DNA of 64,000 nucleotides from assembly GCA_964234715.1 (NCBI GenBank), contig OZ174276.1. One strand, given 5' to 3'. The notes under the pieces were generated by a model. That model saw nothing but the letters and a program-made list of their open reading frames with translations, ran no database searches and had not been told where the DNA came from. The stretch is from Podarcis melisellensis (Eukaryota). Position numbers and translations under genes: made by a program. Below are positions 1 to 13,400 of the stretch, piece by piece (position 1 is the stretch's first letter; every line of letters begins with the position of its first letter).

Positions 1-67
1 GGTCAGGGGAGTAGCTTGGAGTAAACAAACCAGCTGGCATGACTAATGATCCAGAAGTTTTGGTACT

Positions 68-282
68 ACAGTAGCTTAGCAGCAAAGCGCTTGTTTTTCA
101 TGTGGAAGGTCCACACTCTAACAAACTGAGCTATCCAGGCTGAGCTGCTATCAATAGCCAAGTTTCAGTTTATGGCATCTCCAGGGAAGGTTGAATAAGG
201 TCCTGTTCAAAATTCTGGAGTAAAACTGCTGCCAGTAAGTGTAAAACTAAGTTAGATGGGCCACTGGTCTTACTTTTTATAG
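68..282 (+). mobile_element. Decayed tRNA-derived squamate SINE (Squam3-like)
   Basis: Motifs tagcttagc...gaaggtcc, ggcatctccagg, ctgctgccagtaagtgta, agatgggccactggtct resemble this family. Diverged minus-strand relatives near 26830-26935 and 53335-53490. Confidence 0.5.
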
Positions 283-768
283 TCTGACCCTTCTCTTCTC
301 ACATGGAGGTGCTTTGAAAAGGAGACTGCTTGATGTATGGAAGTTTCTTCAGAAGCCAGCACTGGACCAAACACAACCATATTTCATTTTGAGCTGGGAT
401 AGGAATCACAAGCGCTCTGTCAAGCATTGCTCATATGCTTATCAAAATGTGAGCACGTTTGTGGACAATGAGTGTTCTGCAAGCAGCAGCCAGTGGAGTA
501 GAGTGGAGATGGGGAAATGTGGGGAGCCATGACATCAGATCCTGTGTTTTTGTTTGACAAATTATGAGAGGAGGTAGAGATGCCGGGCTGCTGTTTTCAG
601 TTTCAGCCATGTAACTCCAGTAAAATGAAGCTGTAGCCTTAAGTTGCATTAATTTTAATTAGTCCCTCAGTCTTCTAGGACAGTCTCTACTATCATCGGG
701 GAAACCTAGTTTGGTGTTCTCCTTATACTTCAGTGAATTCAGTTTTATGTTGATTTTTAAGGTCTTGA

Positions 769-857
769 CAGCACAATTCTATATATGTCGACTAGAAACA
801 AGTCCAAATGAGTTCAATGGAAATTACTTCCAGGTAAGTGAGTGCAGCATTGCAGCC
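769..857. mobile_element. ~90-bp palindromic squamate MITE (probably PIF/Harbinger-like)
   Basis: cagcacaattcta...gagttcaatgg...ttacttccaggtaagtg...attgcagcc. Related copies at 16240-16326, 25829-25916 and 38913-39001. Confidence 0.6.
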
Positions 858-1604
858 TGAATTATTTAAATCTCAGTCCCAAACATTTTCACAGGCAAAT
901 TTGTTTAAAGTTCCAGAGCACGTTTCCTGCTATGCTGTTGAAATGTTATGGGTTGTGACATTGTGCTGCCGTATAGATTAGTACACCCTTTGCTTAACAC
1001 TTATTTTGTTGTGTAGCCAGTCCTGAAATCAAGTGATTAGTAATTAACTAATATATTCTTTCCTATTTCTGCTTCCATATTTTTTTGTGCATATTTTTAT
1101 GCCTATGACTAGATACATATAATTAAGGCTGGAAGAAATCCCAGATACCTAATCATCCAGGCATCTAGAAACTTAATATTGGTGCTTTAAGAGTTTGAAT
1201 ATTTTTAAGCCTTGTTATTAGATAGTAATCCTACTGGGTTGGATTGTTGTAAATTTATGTTCCTCGTAAAGTGCTTAGTTCATGATAAGCACTCTTGATA
1301 ATAAGTTATCAATGATGACGATTCCTAGAAATGCGATGAAGTAATTTTGAAATATGTCATGTTTATTCCCTCAAATTCTTTGAAGAGTCTAGGCTTGTCC
1401 TATTGACCTCAGTATGTCTGGTGAGCTCCATTAGAGCTCTTGCAAGCTCACTTTGAATTACCTTGTGCATTATCCAAAATCTTCAGAAAACATTTGGAAG
1501 CTCTCACATAATTTCTCCGAGTCTTCTAAGGGCATGGAAGAATGCCCTTGTAGTCCTCAAACATCTCTCCATCAATCTTCCCAAACCACTCACTAACCTA
1601 CTGC

Positions 1605-1825
1605 AATAGCAGCAATGGTGGCGTGCCTGGGGAGAGGAGTCAGTTTCCTCCCTTTTCTGTTGCTCTAACATGGTGGGTAGCAGTGTGCTGGTGCCAAATC
1701 CCAGGGGATCATGGGAGATGTAGTTCTCCCATGGGCCTTTGCAGTTGTAGTGGAGCAGCATAAAAGGAGGGAGGGAAAGGGGGAAATAGTCTCCGCTCCC
1801 CATGCACCATCGCCCTGCTCCTATC
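1605..1825. mobile_element. Decayed palindromic MITE
   Basis: Left arm atggtggcgtgcctggggagaggag...tttcctcccttttc is roughly complementary to right arm aaaggggaaatagtctccgctccccatgcaccat. Centre has a ggagatgtagttc motif. Confidence 0.45.
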
Positions 1826-3829
1826 ACTGCTTGAAAGGTGAATGCAGCAGATGGAAGGAGGAGTGCATTTGGGAGAGTGGAGGCCAGCTGGCAGGGCTTC
1901 CAGGGATCACAAGGACTGGCAGAGATGTGTGTGAATCTCTTCTTCAGCTTGGATTTTAATCCTAGCCGGATGATAATGTCTAGGGTAGTAAAGTTTGCCT
2001 CTCCTTTGAGGTGTTTGTTTTAACAAGGCCTCAGAGGTTTATTTTTGAGCCAGAGGTCAGAGAACTTTGCTGACACCCCAATATATTGAGTCCTAAAAGT
2101 TGGCTTATGGAAGAACAGAGTTCCTCTTTTGCAATCCTCTTGTGTTCTTTTATCCCTTGCTTTGAGCCATACCTTCCTGCTAGAGCATTCCCATGAAACC
2201 CAGCTTCGTTGCCCTTGTCACGCCTGGCTTATATTGCAACTATTACTTCTGGGCAGTCTTCAGAGAGCTTCCCCTCAGAGCTGTTGTTCCATTTTGCTTC
2301 CCTTTCATGCTCTGCTGTGTTCAGAACATCTGGGTGTGATGAGGTCCCTTTGAAACTTGGTTTCCACAGAAAACATTTCCTCATTTGTATATAATAAAAC
2401 TGATTTTAAATCAGTGTAACCCCTTGAGATAATACAGTTCGTGCCAATTCACAGTTTATGCCAATACTCAAATGCTTATGGAAATGCAGTTTTGGCGCAC
2501 TCTTGAATTAGGTGTGGTGGATCTATAGTAGCTGGTGTGATATAATTAAATCTGAAAAATACCCTTGTTGAGAAGAAGCACTACATTACCTTCTTAATGA
2601 TAGTTGGCAAACTGAAGATAAGTAATCAAGACTTTAAAGTGCTTCTCTACAGTGTATTAGAACCATTCAGTGGTTGCATGAACATTGATAATAAGAACAT
2701 AATTTAATCCAAATTCCAATTTAATACCTAAAATATATAAGGGTTAGATAGGCCAAACTGGAGGAAGCATTAATGTTTAAGGTGGAGTATGGAAGTGTTC
2801 CCCTACTACCTGTGTGACTCTTAAATGGCTAGAGGGAAACATGTTTTCAAAAATTATTATTTTAAAGTGCAATTCAGTACACATTTGGGGTGTAATCCCT
2901 CCTTGAATTTAGTAAACATACATAAATTGTGACTTTGAATTTCTTGCAAGTGATGGGCAAATTTTTATTTTGAGTTCATTAATTTATGTTGCATTTTTTG
3001 TTCAGATTTGAATGTTAATGTGCTTTTGATAATAAATAAAGCATATTACTTTAATCATACCAATAATTTCATATACTTCTATCATGTCCTTCCCTTTGCT
3101 TATATTTTTCAGAGCTAAAACGTTTCCTCACATAAAAGTTATGCCAGCCCCCAGATCATATTGGTTGTAATATGCAGGGTCATGTTTCTTTCACACATTT
3201 TTATGGACATGCACATGATGCCATCTACCAATCACTGACATCTTCTATTGCCCACCTCGTTCTTCTGTCTTTACTCAGACCCCAGAAAGCCTGACTTTTT
3301 CTAGAAGAACAGAACAATAGGGTCATCTCCACAAGTACAGATGCCTTTGGTGTGCCTCTTCTGTCTTTTAAAAAGGGCAGGGTTTTGATTTGGAAAGTGG
3401 AATGTAGGAAAGTACTGTACTTGTTAACTTCTGTACTTGTTAAATTGCTTTTTGAACTGGTTTAGAAGCACAAGTCTGTATAGACACTTCTCATTAAAAT
3501 CCTCCATTATTCAGGACCAGCCCTTCTATTAGGCAAACTGAAATTCTTGTCTAAGGCAAGTGCTTTATTACACTTTATCAGGTATGTGTTTTTTTTAATG
3601 AAAGAGATATAGTTCTATAGCAACATAACCCAGTAGTTCTATAACTAGACTACAGTAATATTGTAGCATTATGCAATTATAGTGCTGTTCCTCTCTTATA
3701 GACATAAAAATATTTTAGTGATAATTAAGGATCAATTAAAATAGCAAAAATAGTGCCTTAAAATGGCACCTGCTACAAGTGTTATAATGAATATGTTCAG
3801 AGCTGTGATAGATTCGCTTTGAAAGTGGC

Positions 3830-4082
3830 TAGAGAGAAGCTTTTCTCCCTCTGTCAAAATGCTAGAAATAGGCGATCCAATTAAGCTGAAAGTACTTCTT
3901 GACTTGCATAGTTAAAACCATGGAATTTTCTATCACAAAATTAAACAATAGCCATCAACTTGGAGAGTTTAAAAGGAGTTTAGACAAATTTATGGAGGAT
4001 AAGGCTGTTGCTGATCATAATGCCTGTATACTATCTCCAGTATCAGAGACAATATGTCTCTGAATATCAGTGGCTGGGGATC
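3830..4082 (+). mobile_element. Decayed CR1 LINE 3' region
   Basis: ttttctccctctgtcaaaatgctagaa...tttaaaaggagtttagacaaatttatggaggataaggct is typical CR1 ORF2 end and 3'UTR. Confidence 0.6.
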
Positions 4083-4094
4083 GCAGTCAGTACG

Positions 4095-4282
4095 ATTCCA
4101 AGCACAATTCAAAGTGTTGATGCTGACCTTTAAAGCCTAAAATGGCCTCGGCCCAGTATACCTGAAGGAGCATCTCCACCCCCATCGTTCAATCCAGAGG
4201 TCCAGCGCCGAGGGCCTTCTGGTGGTTCCCTCACTGCGAGAAGCAAAGCTACAGGGAATCAGGCAGAGGGCCTTCTCGGTAG
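4095..4282 (+). mobile_element. L2-clade LINE ORF2 3' fragment
   Basis: Reads AQFKVLMLTFKA*NGLGPVYLKEHLHPH...EGLLVVPSLREAKLQGIRQRAFSV. Confidence 0.8.
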
Positions 4283-4409
4283 GTGACCATTTTACAACAT
4301 AATAAAACAGAGGGTTATCGTATGTTCTAACATCTTTTGCACAAGCACACACATACACCACACAAACAATTTTAAAAGATAACTTGTCATTTTCATCAAC
4401 AGTTCCTAA

Positions 4410-4776
4410 TTATTATTAGTTTATTTATATATCATACTGGGTTGACCCAGCCACTTTGGGCTGTTCCCAACAAAAAGTAGTAAAAACACAACACAGCACC
4501 ACACACTAAAAACTTCCCTGAATAGGACTGCCTTCAGATGTCTTTTAAAAATCACATAGCTGTATGTTTGACATCTGCTGGGAGGGAGTTCCATAGGGCA
4601 GGTGCCACCAGTGGCGTAGCATGGGCTGTCAGCACCCGGGGCAAGGCAAGTAATTTGCACCCCCTAACCCATGGATTTGCGCCCCCTAACCCCAGATGTT
4701 GCGCCCGGTGCGGCCGGCCCCCCCTGCACCCCCACGCTACGCCACTGGGTGCCACTACCCAAAAGGCCCTCTGCCT
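4410..4776 (-). mobile_element. L2-clade LINE 3' end, interrupted by a hAT MITE
   Basis: Minus reading RAF..VVAPALWNSLPADVK...FKRHLK followed by a 3'UTR and A-rich tail. Sequence continues on both sides of the 4609-4747 insertion. Confidence 0.75.
4609..4747. mobile_element. Young hAT MITE, 139 bp
   Basis: TIRs CAGTGGCGTAGC / GCTACGCCACTG. Perfect 8-bp TSD GGTGCCAC (4601-4608, 4748-4755). Second copy at 39882. Confidence 0.92.
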
Positions 4777-7035
4777 CTACCCCACCACTGAGCCTTTCTG
4801 GTACGCGGCAGTGACACTGCTGCTGTGAGGATGGCAGTGTGCTGCTGCTCTGCCTCCCTGCCAGTCACTATCACTCAGAAGTCTTTGTGAACGATCCTTC
4901 AGATTATTGGGGAAGACATGGGGCTGCCTTTTCTTATGTTTCTTACAATGTGTAGTTCTGCTGTGAGAGTCACAAGGAATTATATGGTCGGAACAGCATG
5001 CATGCATTAAAGCAATCTACTTGAACAGTATGAAACAGTGTCATTGATGTATTCTAAAGATTTATAGTGCTTATTAAACATTCATGAAGACTTTGGCCTT
5101 GTCAATGCCATATCTATGGTAGGAACAAATAATATATTTGTGCCTTTGGACACAAACCACTGCATATCTGTGGGTTGGATAAGGTGATATTCCTACTCTG
5201 ATAATAGCTTCCCTACAGAAAAACAATTTATACTGCAGGAACATGCAACATGGACAGTAGTTTGTTTTACCATAGGTATGCCTGGCAGGAATCCATAGGC
5301 AGTGGCAACTTCCTGTACAAATGGTGGACAAAGGTGGTGTGTGTCACTGTGGTGTTTTTGCAAGGTTTTATTTTGATTTCTCTGTAGGTATCTTCAAATA
5401 TGCTGGGTAGCCATGTGGTTTTGCTCCTTTCCTTACTTGTCCTCTAGCCATGGATAAGAGAGAGCACCCAGGCATAAATCATTGGATACATCACATTTGG
5501 GATTGGCTCGATATTAACTTCACTCAGAGAAGATCAAGCCTGATTCAAACGTTACAGTTGCAATGGTGGCTGATGTTCCTGTAGTTGGTTCACGTATCAT
5601 TTGGGCAGCATATGAGTTGTCCAGATAACACATCACTCCTATCCTGCTTCCTCTTGATCAAAACCACTGATGCTTACATGGGAAACACCCACATTATCTT
5701 GTCAAACCATACTCAGATGCTACCTGTGCAATGGGGAGCTGACTAGAGGGAAACGGCAGATGACTCAGATGCAACTTGAGCTGTATCAAAATTCGAAGCA
5801 TATTTAAATGAAAGAATGATTGAGCCTGAGGATGGGTAAATGTGTTTCAGCTAAGAGAGTCACCTTCCCTTGTGGCCATCACACTCTTATGATGGGATTA
5901 TGGAAAGTATGTTCAAAACCAGTCGCAACAAAATATTGTTTGGCACACACATATTACTACATTATTTATTTCTGTTTTTGATGTAGTTCTGGTTACACAG
6001 GAATTCAAAAAAGTATTTGGGACAAAGCCAACACATTTGATCTACAGGACTGAGCACTGAATGAATAGTGCAGAGTTTTCTGTCAGTGTATGATAGGGAG
6101 TTTATAAATATTACTCAGACATGAGAGAATATGAAATTGCAATATAATATCCTGGTGAACCTCAGAAGGTTAAATTCCCAAAAGACCAGGACTATGTTTG
6201 ATCCTGCCCTAGAAACTGGGAAGAGGATGGGTGAATTTAGATATTTTGGTTTGGAATATTCCTTAATAAGGGAAGCCGGAATGAATGGCAATATATATAC
6301 ATGCTTGTGTGCTAAAGAAGAGATGTTCTTGCAGTCGGCTGACCTATTTTTAAGTTAGAATAGAGAACAAGCAGCAGCTCTTGAAGTCTATTTTAAACAC
6401 CTTTCCATTTTTGGCAAAATAGAAAAACTGCTTTTTATAATGCCATCCTCTATCATAGAAACAGCATAAGTGGATGGGATTTGTTTCTTCTAGCTGGCTA
6501 TGAGTTCCTTTGCTTGCATGAAGACTTGAGAGTGGTATTGCAAATGACCACACAGCTTTCTCCAGTAGTGGAAATATATCCAGTTGGAACTGAGTATGCC
6601 TAATTTCTGTTGGTTCTAATTTTTGTTTATTTTTATTTGTATAAAAATGTATGCCTCACCCTCCAAGTCCATACGCACTGCTCACTTGACATATAGCCCC
6701 ACCCCTTTCAGATTATAGCCTTTGGGGGAAAGAAAGGACACGTTTTTAGCTGTTTTGACTTTAAATACAATTGAATCTTGTATTTACAACTTGTTAGATT
6801 GCATCTTGAAGAAATATCCATGTCTTGTGGTTTTAAGAAATTGGTGGAGGTAAAGATGGCAATCATTTTCTCTAAACATCTATTTACACTTATTTTCTTG
6901 CCCTTAACTTTGAATCTCAGAGATTCTCAAATGCATTTCAAAGTATATCCTGAGGAAATAGTCAAGGCAGTTTTGCCTATTATCTTACCTCAATTCTCTG
7001 CAACCTGGTTGACATCTGCATTTAATGTGTTTCAG

Positions 7036-7435
7036 CACACCAAGAAGACCAGATCAATCGGACCCCTCCTTTGGACAGAGAGCAGCTTCCCCATCCCCAA
7101 AACCGGCTGCTCAGACCAGCGAAAGCACAAGAGAGATGAGGAGCCATGGGCAGACCCCCCAACAGGCTGATGGGCCAAGGAGGACACTCCAAGTGGACAG
7201 CAGGAGCCAGAGAACAGGGCGTTCACCGTCTGTGTCACCGGATCGAGGCAGCACCCCTACCTCACCTTATTCTGTCCCACAAATTGCACCCCTTCCTAGC
7301 AGCACACTCTGTCCTATATGCAAGACAACAGAACTCACCTCCTCTCCCAACCAGCCAAACTTCAACAACTGTACACAGTGTCACAACAAGGTCTGCAACC
7401 AATGTGGATTCAACCCCAACCCTCACCTGACTGAG
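7036..7435 (+). CDS. BSN: Bassoon exon 2 (N-terminal region and first three CxxC pairs of zinc finger 1)
   Basis: Translation (S)TPRRPDQ...[90 protein letters not shown] matches Bassoon as I recall it. Acceptor tgtgtttcag|C (phase 2), donor GAG|gtaat (phase 0), 400 nt. Confidence 0.96.
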
Positions 7436-9205
7436 GTAATACATAAACTGAACATTTTGATCAAGTTATGGGGCATCATTTCTTGATTTCTGTTAGTATG
7501 TCATAACTCAGGTGAGGGCCTCCTTGCACTGTGTGATATGAAAAGGGGACTCTGGAATTCAACCTTTGCGGATAGTTATTGAGATCTGAAACACTGAGTG
7601 ATGTGTGTATGTGATGAAGGTGGGATGAGAATGGTTTAGAGGACAGGGGAACTATAGTGTTTGTAGTAATGTCATCAAATAGGGGCATATGCAGTTTTGT
7701 TAAGAGCTTGGTTGTGTACACCTGGCTAAACTGCAACTAACTTTTCTAAATTAATTCTGTCAACCAAAACATTTTAGCTCCTTCATCTGATACTCTACTT
7801 GAATCTCTTTTTAAGTTTTCTTACGGTGAATCTTTTTCTACCTTTTGCAATAAGAATAAAAGAGTGAAAGTATGAAAGGGAAGGGAGAAAATGTGATACA
7901 GTTTTGCTTCAGTCAACAAGCTTGTTACTAGCTAAAGATTGCTAACACTTGCGTGAAGCCTGATATACTCAGATTTTTGTGTGTGAATGGGGCTCAGATA
8001 GCTTTGAGGCTGGATGGTTGTGAAATTCAGGAGCAACAGAAGAGAATCTTTCCATTGGCTGTTGAGTAGAATAGGGAATAAAACTAAGCATCTGAAGAGC
8101 TGGTTGATTTGGTCCTCTGATGTGACATTTTTAGAGAGTGGTTTTAAATTATGCTTTATTGTGAAATAAATCTGGAGTTGTTACTTATTCATGGTGAGGG
8201 ATCCATAGATCCTTTCTGAGGTTATCTCTTCTGCTGCAGTGATATCACATTTTCCTAGCATTCATTCTGCAATATTTGGTACTGGGGGAAATTGGTTACA
8301 ATCTCTTGTGTTGACAAACCTCCCCTGAAATACCTTTGATTTTCTCCTTGTTAGGTATGTGGCACTCAAAAGACTTGTCTTCAGCTTGCAAACAGGCTAA
8401 CCAACTGTAGCAGCTCCCAAATAGTTCTTGGCCACATTCCCTGGACACCAGTCCTTCGATTTGTATGAAAAATACATCAGGGTTGCATAACCAGACTTTG
8501 GGCCAAGCTAGACAGTATGTGAACGACATGATTGTAATTCATGTTCCTTAATTCTAACCCCTTAAATTTGATAAGATTAAGTTAGGGTACTCTTAAACTG
8601 GGGTACTTCTTACTTTTCTATACTTTAAAACCAATTAAGTCTTTCTCTTTGTTCAGGTCTCTAGCACCTAAATGTGTGGGATAGAATATAGGGTTGGTGA
8701 GAGTGCCCTTTAATTTTCTAGTCTGGGGAGGTTCTCCTCTGACTCTTATCATCATAATTATTTATTAAATCAATGTGGTGCTTTTGTTATTAAATGGTTT
8801 TGCTTACTGACTGATATATGGTATTTTATTGTACTCTGTTGCATGTACTACGTTAATGCGCTGCTCACTGCTTGGCGGGCATTTGCATTGAAAAGCAGCA
8901 TATAAATAAACTACATCATCATTTTTATGTTATTATTTTCCTATTGTGTGATAGGAGAGAGGCCACAAGTATTAAAACTATGGCATGCAGGAAGCATGTG
9001 GGTAGTTAACCCCTTTGCTGCACTTCCAACAAATCTAGCATCTCCTGTGCCAAATAGCAGGTTTTTTAGGGTAGTGGGCTTTGACATGGGGAAGGAGGGA
9101 CCCACCCTTCACATTGTCTTGATTGCCTCTGTGGCTGCTATTTAATTAAAAAATACCTAAGTATATGAAGAGCAGTCACACAAACATAGGAGTATTTCCT
9201 TGATA

Positions 9206-9439
9206 CAGTGGTACCTCGGGTTACATACGCTTCAGGTTACATACGCTTCAGGTTACAGACTCCGCTAACCCAGAAATAGTACTTCAGGTTAAGAACTTTG
9301 CTTCAGGATGAGAACAGAAATCGTGCTCCAGCAGCAGCAGGAGGCCCCATTAGCTAATGTGGTGCTTCAGGTTAAGAACAGTTTCAGGTTAAGTACAGAC
9401 CTCCGGAACGAATAAAGTACTTAACCCGAGGTACAACTG
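9206..9439. mobile_element. Tc1/mariner-pogo (Tigger-like) MITE
   Basis: TIRs cagtggtacctcgggtta / taacccgaggtacaactg, TA TSD on both sides, repeated internal ttcaggtta motifs. Confidence 0.9.
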
Positions 9440-10099
9440 TATATTATTGTGTGAAGCCCACACAGCAAATCATTCCATTGCTTTGAATCCTTCAGTAGGT
9501 GCAAGGGATAATAGAGTGGGCAGAGAATGTGAGGTAAGTTGATCGAGGCAGGGTGGAGTACGCCATTTTGTTAAACTAGTTCAGTATGGTTCGCCCCCAC
9601 GTCCCACTGGTCTGACCATGAGTACGATAGCCCAGCTAACAAGATTCTCTAGTTCTACAAGTTCCTTATATAATGTTAACTCACTTGAGCATCTCTCAAG
9701 CAGGGAGATAACATAATACATTATCCTTCATCTCACAGCCATTCATTTGTGATTTAAACTGGATGAATTATTTGTTGCAATGTTTTGCTATCTGCCCTTT
9801 TTCATTTCAAAATTGTTTACATATAATTAAAGATGCATTACCCTAACCACTGTTACTGCTCAACCTCCATTTATTTCAATGGAGTTTGAAATTAATGGAG
9901 TTTGTGCAGCAGCTGCGTTTGAATTACGTCCCGATTTTGTTAATGCATATTTGCCTGAGTACTTTATGTGAAATATATTTTGCAATGAATGTTCATTATG
10001 CTTTTCCATTTAGATAAATGAAACTGACTTTTCTGAATACTATTAAACAGTATGGAAAGGTTGGGAATAGACAAAAGGATCTATAAATCAAATGACATA

Positions 10100-10452
10100 C
10101 CGTACTTTTCTGTCTATAAGACACCCCCCCATGTATAAGAAGCCCCCTATTTTGGGGGACTCTAAGAGAATGTGGGGAGATGGCACAGAGTTGTTAAGCT
10201 CTTTTTGTGGAGGATAGCCCTGAGTTGTTGAGCTTTTCCGGCAGAAACTGCCAATTGCCTGCCTAATTGCCGCAGTGTCAACAAATCAACAGCACCCATT
10301 GACACAGCAATCAATAACATGCACAATAGCGGCTAACAGCAATCAGTCAAGCGTTCACCCTATGCACTACCCATGTATAAGACAACCCCCTCCATTTTGG
10401 GGGCATTATTTTTAAAGGGAAAAACCCTAGTTTTATACATGGAAAAGTACGG
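10100..10452. mobile_element. pogo/Tigger-like MITE
   Basis: TIRs ccgtacttttc / gaaaagtacgg, TA TSDs, repeated atgtataaga(c) subterminal motifs. Confidence 0.85.
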
Positions 10453-10554
10453 TATTTATCGGCATATTTCATAATTTGCCAGCAAGGCACAAAACAAATC
10501 AGCTTGGAAAACTTCTGCTTCCTTTCTTTGTCATTTAGGAGGATTTATATCAGG

Positions 10555-10915
10555 TAAAAGGTAAAGGCACCCCTGCCCGTAAGGGCCAGTCTTGACAGAC
10601 TCTGGGGTTGTGCGCCCATCTCACTTAAGAGGCCAGGGGCCAGCGCTGTCCGGAGACACTTCCGGGTCACGTGGCCAGCGTGACAAAGCTGCATCTGGCG
10701 AGCCAGAGCCGCACACGGAAACGCCGTTTACCTTCCCGCTGGTAAGCGGTCCCTATTTATCTACTTGCACCTGGAGGTGCTTTCGAACTGCTAGGTTGGC
10801 AGGCGCTGGGACCGAGCAGCGGGAGCGCACCCCGCCGCAGGGATTCGAACTGCCGACCTTTCGATCGGCAAGTCCTAGGCACTGAGGCTTTAACCCACAG
10901 CGCCACCTGCGTCCC
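10555..10915 (-). mobile_element. Sauria SINE, full length
   Basis: On the minus strand: 5' gggacgcaggtggcgctgtgggttaaa (A box), gttcgaatcc (B box), 3' (ACCTTT)n tail. 11-bp TSD tttatatcagg/tctatatcagg. Confidence 0.93.
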
Positions 10916-11306
10916 TCTATATCAGGGGTGAAAAATCTCTGGCCCTCCAGATTCTGACCATTGGGCTTTCTCACTGGGGCTGATGAGAGTTGCTGCAGCA
11001 ACCTCTGGAGAATCACAGGTTCACCCATTTAAATGAAAATTAGCAAAAAAAATCCCCAGCAAATCCAGGCTGGTGAACTATATGAGTGACTATTTTAGAT
11101 AAGGAAGTAATCCTAATTGTGGAATATGATGCTTGTGAATTTGAAAGAGACCAATTTGAAGGGCTTGATTATTGTTTATCATGTGAAGTGTTGATGCCAC
11201 AGAGGATGTTTTGAGCAGCTACACTGAGCAGGCCTCTGATTCCATATTTTGACTGTACAAGCAAATAAGTATGTTAAGCTGCCTTTATCATAAAATGCTT
11301 CAAACC

Positions 11307-11347
11307 TGTTTGTTTGTTTGTTTGTTTGTTTGTTTGTTTGTTTGTTT
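11307..11347. repeat. (TTTG)n microsatellite at the tail of a minus-strand L2-like 3' end
   Basis: About 10 units, followed by tataccatcttttacc...ctcagggcagttcaca. Confidence 0.9.
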
Positions 11348-11864
11348 AACAAATATACCATCTTTTACCCACAGGTCTCAGGGCAGTTCACAGAATAAAA
11401 CTAGAAAATACATAATAAAAACAACAACAACCTAATAACCCCCCTCCAAAAAAAACCTCCACATGTCAAAAAGGGCATCAGCACTGTAGGGATGTTGAAC
11501 TGACATCATGTCAGCACATGTGTTTATTATTGTAGTTTTAAAGCCACAAAGTAATTTATAGGGCAAACCAGAGACAATATATTGTTATGAATGCAATTTT
11601 TACACACACACACACACACACATGCGCACACAAACACAGTCACCGACAGGGGATCTATTAACAATGGTCTCTTCTGGTTTACTACCCTGTAGAGTTGCGA
11701 TACTTTGAAGAGCAAAAAAAGAGGATGCTATGATGACTCTCATTTTAAATACCCCTTCTATAGAAGCTATAGAAGGCTATAGAAGCTGTGATACATTGCT
11801 GAAGGGGGGCAGGAGAAGAGAAGATGAAAGCAAGTCTTCAGCCACCAGTTATGTCTATGTCTCA

Positions 11865-12033
11865 TCCAGAAAGTATATCCAGAGACATTTTGGCAAATTT
11901 AAAAAATCCACCCGGACAGATATTTTACCCCAGAAAAAGAGGTGACGGGCCAATGGCCGTAATAAAGATCAATCCAATCCAATCCCAGAAAAAGAGGACA
12001 TGTCCCGGAAAAAGAGGACACATGGCAACCCTA
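11865..12033. mobile_element. hAT (Tip100/Blackjack-like) terminal fragment
   Basis: Ends atggcaacccta (TIR TAGGGTTGCCA) with repeated gaaaaagaggaca subterminal motifs. No left end seen. Confidence 0.6.
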
Positions 12034-12516
12034 CTACTCTGTCACTTTACAAGGTGGAAGAATATTAACTGTTAATATCCAGGGACAGAATGCAAGGGCT
12101 AACAATGAAGGAGAAATCATTTTCTGAACAGTAATATATTTCTGTGGTTTCTGTTATATAATGTATTTGGGGCAAATCTTCTTCAGATGCCTCTTATAAT
12201 TCTCGCCTTTGCAAATGAATGACTTGGTGTTAAGCCAGAAGGCTATTTTCAGGAAATTCTTTTCCTTAAACGTCATTTGTTGAACGTTAGTAGTGCTATC
12301 ATTCCTTTAGCTTTCTGATTGACTGACAGGACGAAAGCTTTGCTTCTTGAATTTATTGTTGCCTTTTTTTTGTAGTGGAGATAATCTGTAGGCTCTTTTG
12401 CTTTTTAGATTCCAGTGAACATTTAGGTGGATAAAACAAAGTTGCTAATTTACAGAATTAGTCCCCCGCCTCCCTCAACATATATCTCAATAGATTTCAT
12501 TTGCTTATCTGCTTAA

Positions 12517-12808
12517 GGCATCATCTGCACTATATGTTTAAAGCAGTACCACACCACTGCTTGTTGGGGGTGCTGAGAATCATTAGAAGACTCCTATTCC
12601 CCTTGGAAAGCTGCAGTTCTCAATAGTGGTTTTAACAACCAATCTCTCTCCCTTGGGGACTCTGGGAATTGTAGCTCTGTGAAGGGAAGAAGGATCTCCT
12701 AACAACTCTCTGAACTACAGTAACTACAGTTCCCAGGATTATTTGGAGGAGGTCATGGTTTTTCAAAGTGGTATAGCAGTGCTTTAAATGTGTAGTGTTG
12801 ATGGGACC
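12517..12808. mobile_element. Palindromic MITE (Harbinger-like)
   Basis: catctgcactatatgtttaaagcagtac vs gtatagcagtgctttaaatgtgtagtgttgatg inverted ends, internal ctgggaattgtagc/actacagttcccag. Shorter relative at about 21813-21990. Confidence 0.65.
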
Positions 12809-13239
12809 ATAATAACCAGTGCAGTATATAAAATACATTTTTTCTTCTCTGAATCATTTATGCATTATGCTTAATGATCCCAGTTATGCTTTTATAAAGT
12901 CAGTTTGGATCTCTTTGATTATAATATACTTTTAAAAATACACATGTTGGTCCAGATTCTTAAGTTTTGTATTCTACTTTGTTTCTCCCCAAAAAGGCTC
13001 TAGTGTGGTTCTAATACCATAATTTGTATTTCTTTTGCCCCCTCATCTTCAGTCTTCTGGTGAAAATAATTCTAAATAAAGTACGAGCCTTTCGTGTGAG
13101 TTAGTTTATACATTTGTAGAATGAGTTTGCAGAAGTAACAAGGAGTAATTGTAAAATTTACCATTAATTAGGCCACACTGGATTAACACGTCCAATTTAA
13201 GAAGCATGCTAACAAGCCGAAGAAAATGGCACTGTGGAA

Positions 13240-13400
13240 AAGATTTAGAAACATTTAGGGATCAAGACTATTTAGGCTGTGAGAAAAGGCAGTTAAATGA
13301 CTACTTGATAACAATCCATTTTCAGATCCTTAAAGGTGACCATAAAGATGATAAAGAACAGTTGTTATCCACTGCTACAATCCACAGGGTTAGAGGCATA
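13240..13400 (+). mobile_element. Old CR1 ORF2 3' fragment
   Basis: Reads ..YLGCEKRQLNDYLITI..ILKGDHKDDKEQLLS, matching the CR1 FSLEKRRLRGDLI..YKYLKG motif. Confidence 0.55.

Noticed and set aside
6778-7170. 130-aa + ORF overlapping exon 2
   Set aside because: It is an intronic frame running out of phase through the real BSN exon and has no recognisable protein features.
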